From IMG/VR virus record IMGVR_UViG_3300037963_003836: a DNA stretch of 64,000 nucleotides, one strand, 5' to 3'. Position numbers and translations under genes: made by a program. Below, piece by piece: positions 61,738 to 64,000 of the stretch (position 1 is its first letter; each line of letters begins with the position of its first letter). The notes beneath the pieces were generated by a model. The model was not told the DNA's origin. It searched no databases and saw nothing but the letters and a program-made list of their open reading frames with translations. Source of the stretch: an uncultured virus (IMG/VR IMGVR_UViG_3300037963_003836) (Duplodnaviria; Heunggongvirae; Uroviricota; Caudoviricetes).

Positions 61738-62652
61738 TTACATATACTTTGTTATACTATCAGGAGCGTTATTTTTCACCCAATTGAAAAGTTTTTCCTT
61801 CCAAACTTTCTCAGGTAATATACTCCCACCTTCTTTCTTCACGGGTAGAGATAAAAATCCTTTTGCAATTCCTTCAACCTCGTTTCCGTCTTTGTCTTTA
61901 TATTTGACTGTATGTTTTGGATTGTTTAGAATTACGTCTACTCTACCGTTTACACCCTTTGGCATTGCTTTTGTTATCAATCCCCAAACAGTGTTTGCTG
62001 CACCTTCGTGAGTTTTTAATAAAATATCCTCAGGTACCATTCTCTCTCTTTGTTTGTTGTTTTCCATTGCAGTTACGAAGTTAGTAAGAATCCACGTTAA
62101 GTGAACATTTTTAGATTGGTATCCTGCCTTCTTTAACATAGGAACTACCTTCGTAATATCTGAAACATCTTTTGCTGTAATATCAAACATAATATTAGGA
62201 AGTGTCTCAGGATTATCTTTACCTACAAATAGTTTTTCTAATGAACTATCTTTGATACCCATTGCTTTTACTAACTGATGTAATGCTCTAACGTGGTTAG
62301 GTTGTTTCAGTTGTAAGTTTCTTAATTGAAATCCTTGTGATTGAATACTTCTAATATTTTCTATTTCTTTTGCTGGTATGTTTTTACCAAACTTCTTTAT
62401 GATTCCATCTATATCGATTTTACCCATTCTATTTAGAATCTGTAATTGTTTTTTCATTTTATCGACATCACGAACCTTGAACATTTCTTTATCTAAAAAG
62501 TGATTTGATGCGAATCCTTTACCTGAACCTGCTCCACCTGCTAAGAATACTACCTGACCGTATGGTTTTCTGTTATTGTAAACCATTAACTTTTCGTCAA
62601 GTTGTTCTTCGTTAATTACTTCTAATATGAAATCTTTTATATTCCAACTCAT
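61738..62652 (-). CDS. P-loop kinase (zeta-toxin/AAA_33-like fold)
   Basis: FLAGGAGSGKG, MFDIT and N..RER.VP. Confidence 0.7.
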   Translation of the reverse strand: MSWNIKDFILEVINEEQLDEKLMVYNNRKPYGQVVFLAGGAGSGKGFASNHFLDKEMFKVRDVDKMKKQLQILNRMGKIDIDGIIKKFGKNIPAKEIENIRSIQSQGFQLRNLQLKQPNHVRALHQLVKAMGIKDSSLEKLFVGKDNPETLPNIMFDITAKDVSDITKVVPMLKKAGYQSKNVHLTWILTNFVTAMENNKQRERMVPEDILLKTHEGAANTVWGLITKAMPKGVNGRVDVILNNPKHTVKYKDKDGNEVEGIAKGFLSLPVKKEGGSILPEKVWKEKLFNWVKNNAPDSITKYM

Positions 62653-62831
62653 TTTTTAACTCCGTTGTACGGAAACATCCTATTTAATTTTTCACGTCTT
62701 TTGTCACATCCGCAATCATCTGCTCCTGCGACTTCTGCGATTTTCTCAGCCAACCTATCTAATTTAGTTGCTGATGTGATTTTAGCTATGGTGTCACCTA
62801 AACCTTTTGATGGTATGTTAGTCTTCTTCAT
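62649..62831 (-). CDS. Small Cys-containing phage protein
   Basis: GLGDTI.K.T...CGC..RREKLN..FPY. Confidence 0.6.
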   Translation of the reverse strand: MKKTNIPSKGLGDTIAKITSATKLDRLAEKIAEVAGADDCGCDKRREKLNRMFPYNGVKK

Positions 62832-63069
62832 AGTAATCTACTTCCACATTAAATCCGTTTTTAATAAATAGTTCATAATAATGGTCAACGATTAATTCAT
62901 CACCTGTAAATATATTACAACGACCTGTTGTATGAACTATATTTGCTATTGACTGACCCTGAGTAGTTGGATATGACATATATTTTTTCAAAACATTTAT
63001 GACATCCATAAAACTATTCACGTTATCATTTAATAAATATAAGGTTTTTTTTCTTTCCCCGTATGTCAT
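62818..63069 (-). CDS. clpS: ClpS-like adaptor protein
   Basis: LLNDNVNSF..VI.VL...A..VH..G. Confidence 0.65.
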   Translation of the reverse strand: MTYGERKKTLYLLNDNVNSFMDVINVLKKYMSYPTTQGQSIANIVHTTGRCNIFTGDELIVDHYYELFIKNGFNVEVDYYEED

Positions 63070-63240
63070 AAATCGTAATAAATTACTTCTTCTATATCGT
63101 ACTTGTTTTTAAACTTTGTGATGTAAATTGGAACCTCGACTTCGTGACAAATCTCTGCTGCTACTTTGGTCCCACCTGGCTCATCTGTTACTACATATAA
63201 AATTTTGTTACCTAATTCTTTAGTACTCGATAATAAATTA

Positions 63241-63450
63241 TCAAGACTTTTTACTACTATTTTCATTTGTTCTCTCCAACATATCCATGAGTTCTTGAAC
63301 ATGCTTACACTTCTCGTATTCTTCTACTTCGAGATAGTGGTCCATCATCTTCTTTAATACTCTTTTTTTAGTAGACTTGTCAATATAAGTTGGGTTGTAC
63401 AACAGTATGTCGTAAACCTCATCTATCGCTTTGTCTACATAGTTATCCAT
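63241..63450 (-). CDS. Small protein with UVR-like C-terminal helix pair
   Basis: EEYEKC..V..L. Confidence 0.5.
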   Translation of the reverse strand: MDNYVDKAIDEVYDILLYNPTYIDKSTKKRVLKKMMDHYLEVEEYEKCKHVQELMDMLERTNENSSKKS

Positions 63451-63476
63451 AAATATAATTTGGAAAGTTAATAAAA

Positions 63477-63860
63477 CTAAATTTTACCTATTGCTTCGGA
63501 AAAAATCCACCCTAAAAGACCAATTAGTCCACTAAATAGTACCCAAAGTGCTCTCGAGACAGTTGATTTCCATTCTTGAAGTTTTTCTAACTCGTTTTCT
63601 AACTCTAAAACTCTGTCAGGAACTTCTTCCATTTCTTCTCTTACTTCAGTGTTTTTATTTACTCTGACTATTACACCATTCTCAGGATTTAGTAATGTGT
63701 ATTTAATATCAGATAAATCTTCTTTGATGTCTGTGTAATTTTCCTTCATCTCTATAATCGTTGTCTCCATTCTTTTTAACTCGCCATTTGGGAGTTTAGT
63801 TTTCATAGACGACAATTCTTGTAGAATGTTCTCTAAAATGTCTTTGTTTGTAGCTGCCAT
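63477..63860 (-). CDS. Coiled-coil protein with C-terminal TM helix
   Basis: ORF track; TATTTAT motif upstream. Confidence 0.6.
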   Translation of the reverse strand: MAATNKDILENILQELSSMKTKLPNGELKRMETTIIEMKENYTDIKEDLSDIKYTLLNPENGVIVRVNKNTEVREEMEEVPDRVLELENELEKLQEWKSTVSRALWVLFSGLIGLLGWIFSEAIGKI

Positions 63861-63876
63861 TGTATATCCTATTTCT

Positions 63877-64000
63877 CTATAAATATGTCTTAGACAACTC
63901 TTCTATATGATTTTCTATCAAATTCTTTCTTTGACTCGGTGATAAATGTTCAACAGCAAGTACAGACTTGATTCTTACGTCAGGATATTTTCTCTGTAAC
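63877..64000 (-). CDS. 3' end of a gene entering from outside the window
   Basis: Open frame ..LQRKYPDVRIKS..SKTYL, TAG at 63877-63879. Confidence 0.5.
   Translation of the reverse strand, partial: LQRKYPDVRIKSVLAVEHLSPSQRKNLIENHIEELSKTYL

Overview
A 64 kb segment of a large, AT-rich tailed phage with a contractile-tail (myovirus-type) baseplate. The host is most likely Bacteroidota, judged from TTTG-N19/20-TAnnTTTA/TATATTAG promoters and DUF4494- and Smr-like genes. Essentially all real genes are on the minus strand. From left to right: a fused Mre11-Rad50 (SbcD-SbcC) gene, primase and endonuclease I; a baseplate/tail module (gp6-, gp25-, gp5-like and LamG-domain proteins); a late sigma-like factor, HD hydrolase, ClpP, UvsE and Hsp20; a MoxR-type AAA+/vWA pair; a long accessory region (CysC-like kinase, nucleotidyl-, methyl-, glycosyl- and sulfotransferase-like genes, 2OG oxygenases, three tRNAs around a DUF2589 pair, ThyA, two orphan restriction-endonuclease-like genes); a ~1.2 kb non-coding control region; and GroEL/GroES/DnaJ/ClpS. 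The most striking signal is genome-wide. Restriction-type palindromes (CCWGG, CTAG, CCGG) survive only where their first C sits in a GpC dinucleotide on one strand, and GATC, which cannot overlap GpC, was not seen at all. This points to GpC-directed cytosine modification of the phage DNA, possibly paired with a phage-encoded PvuII-like nuclease. All counts were made by eye and all protein families were assigned by motif recognition, without database searches.
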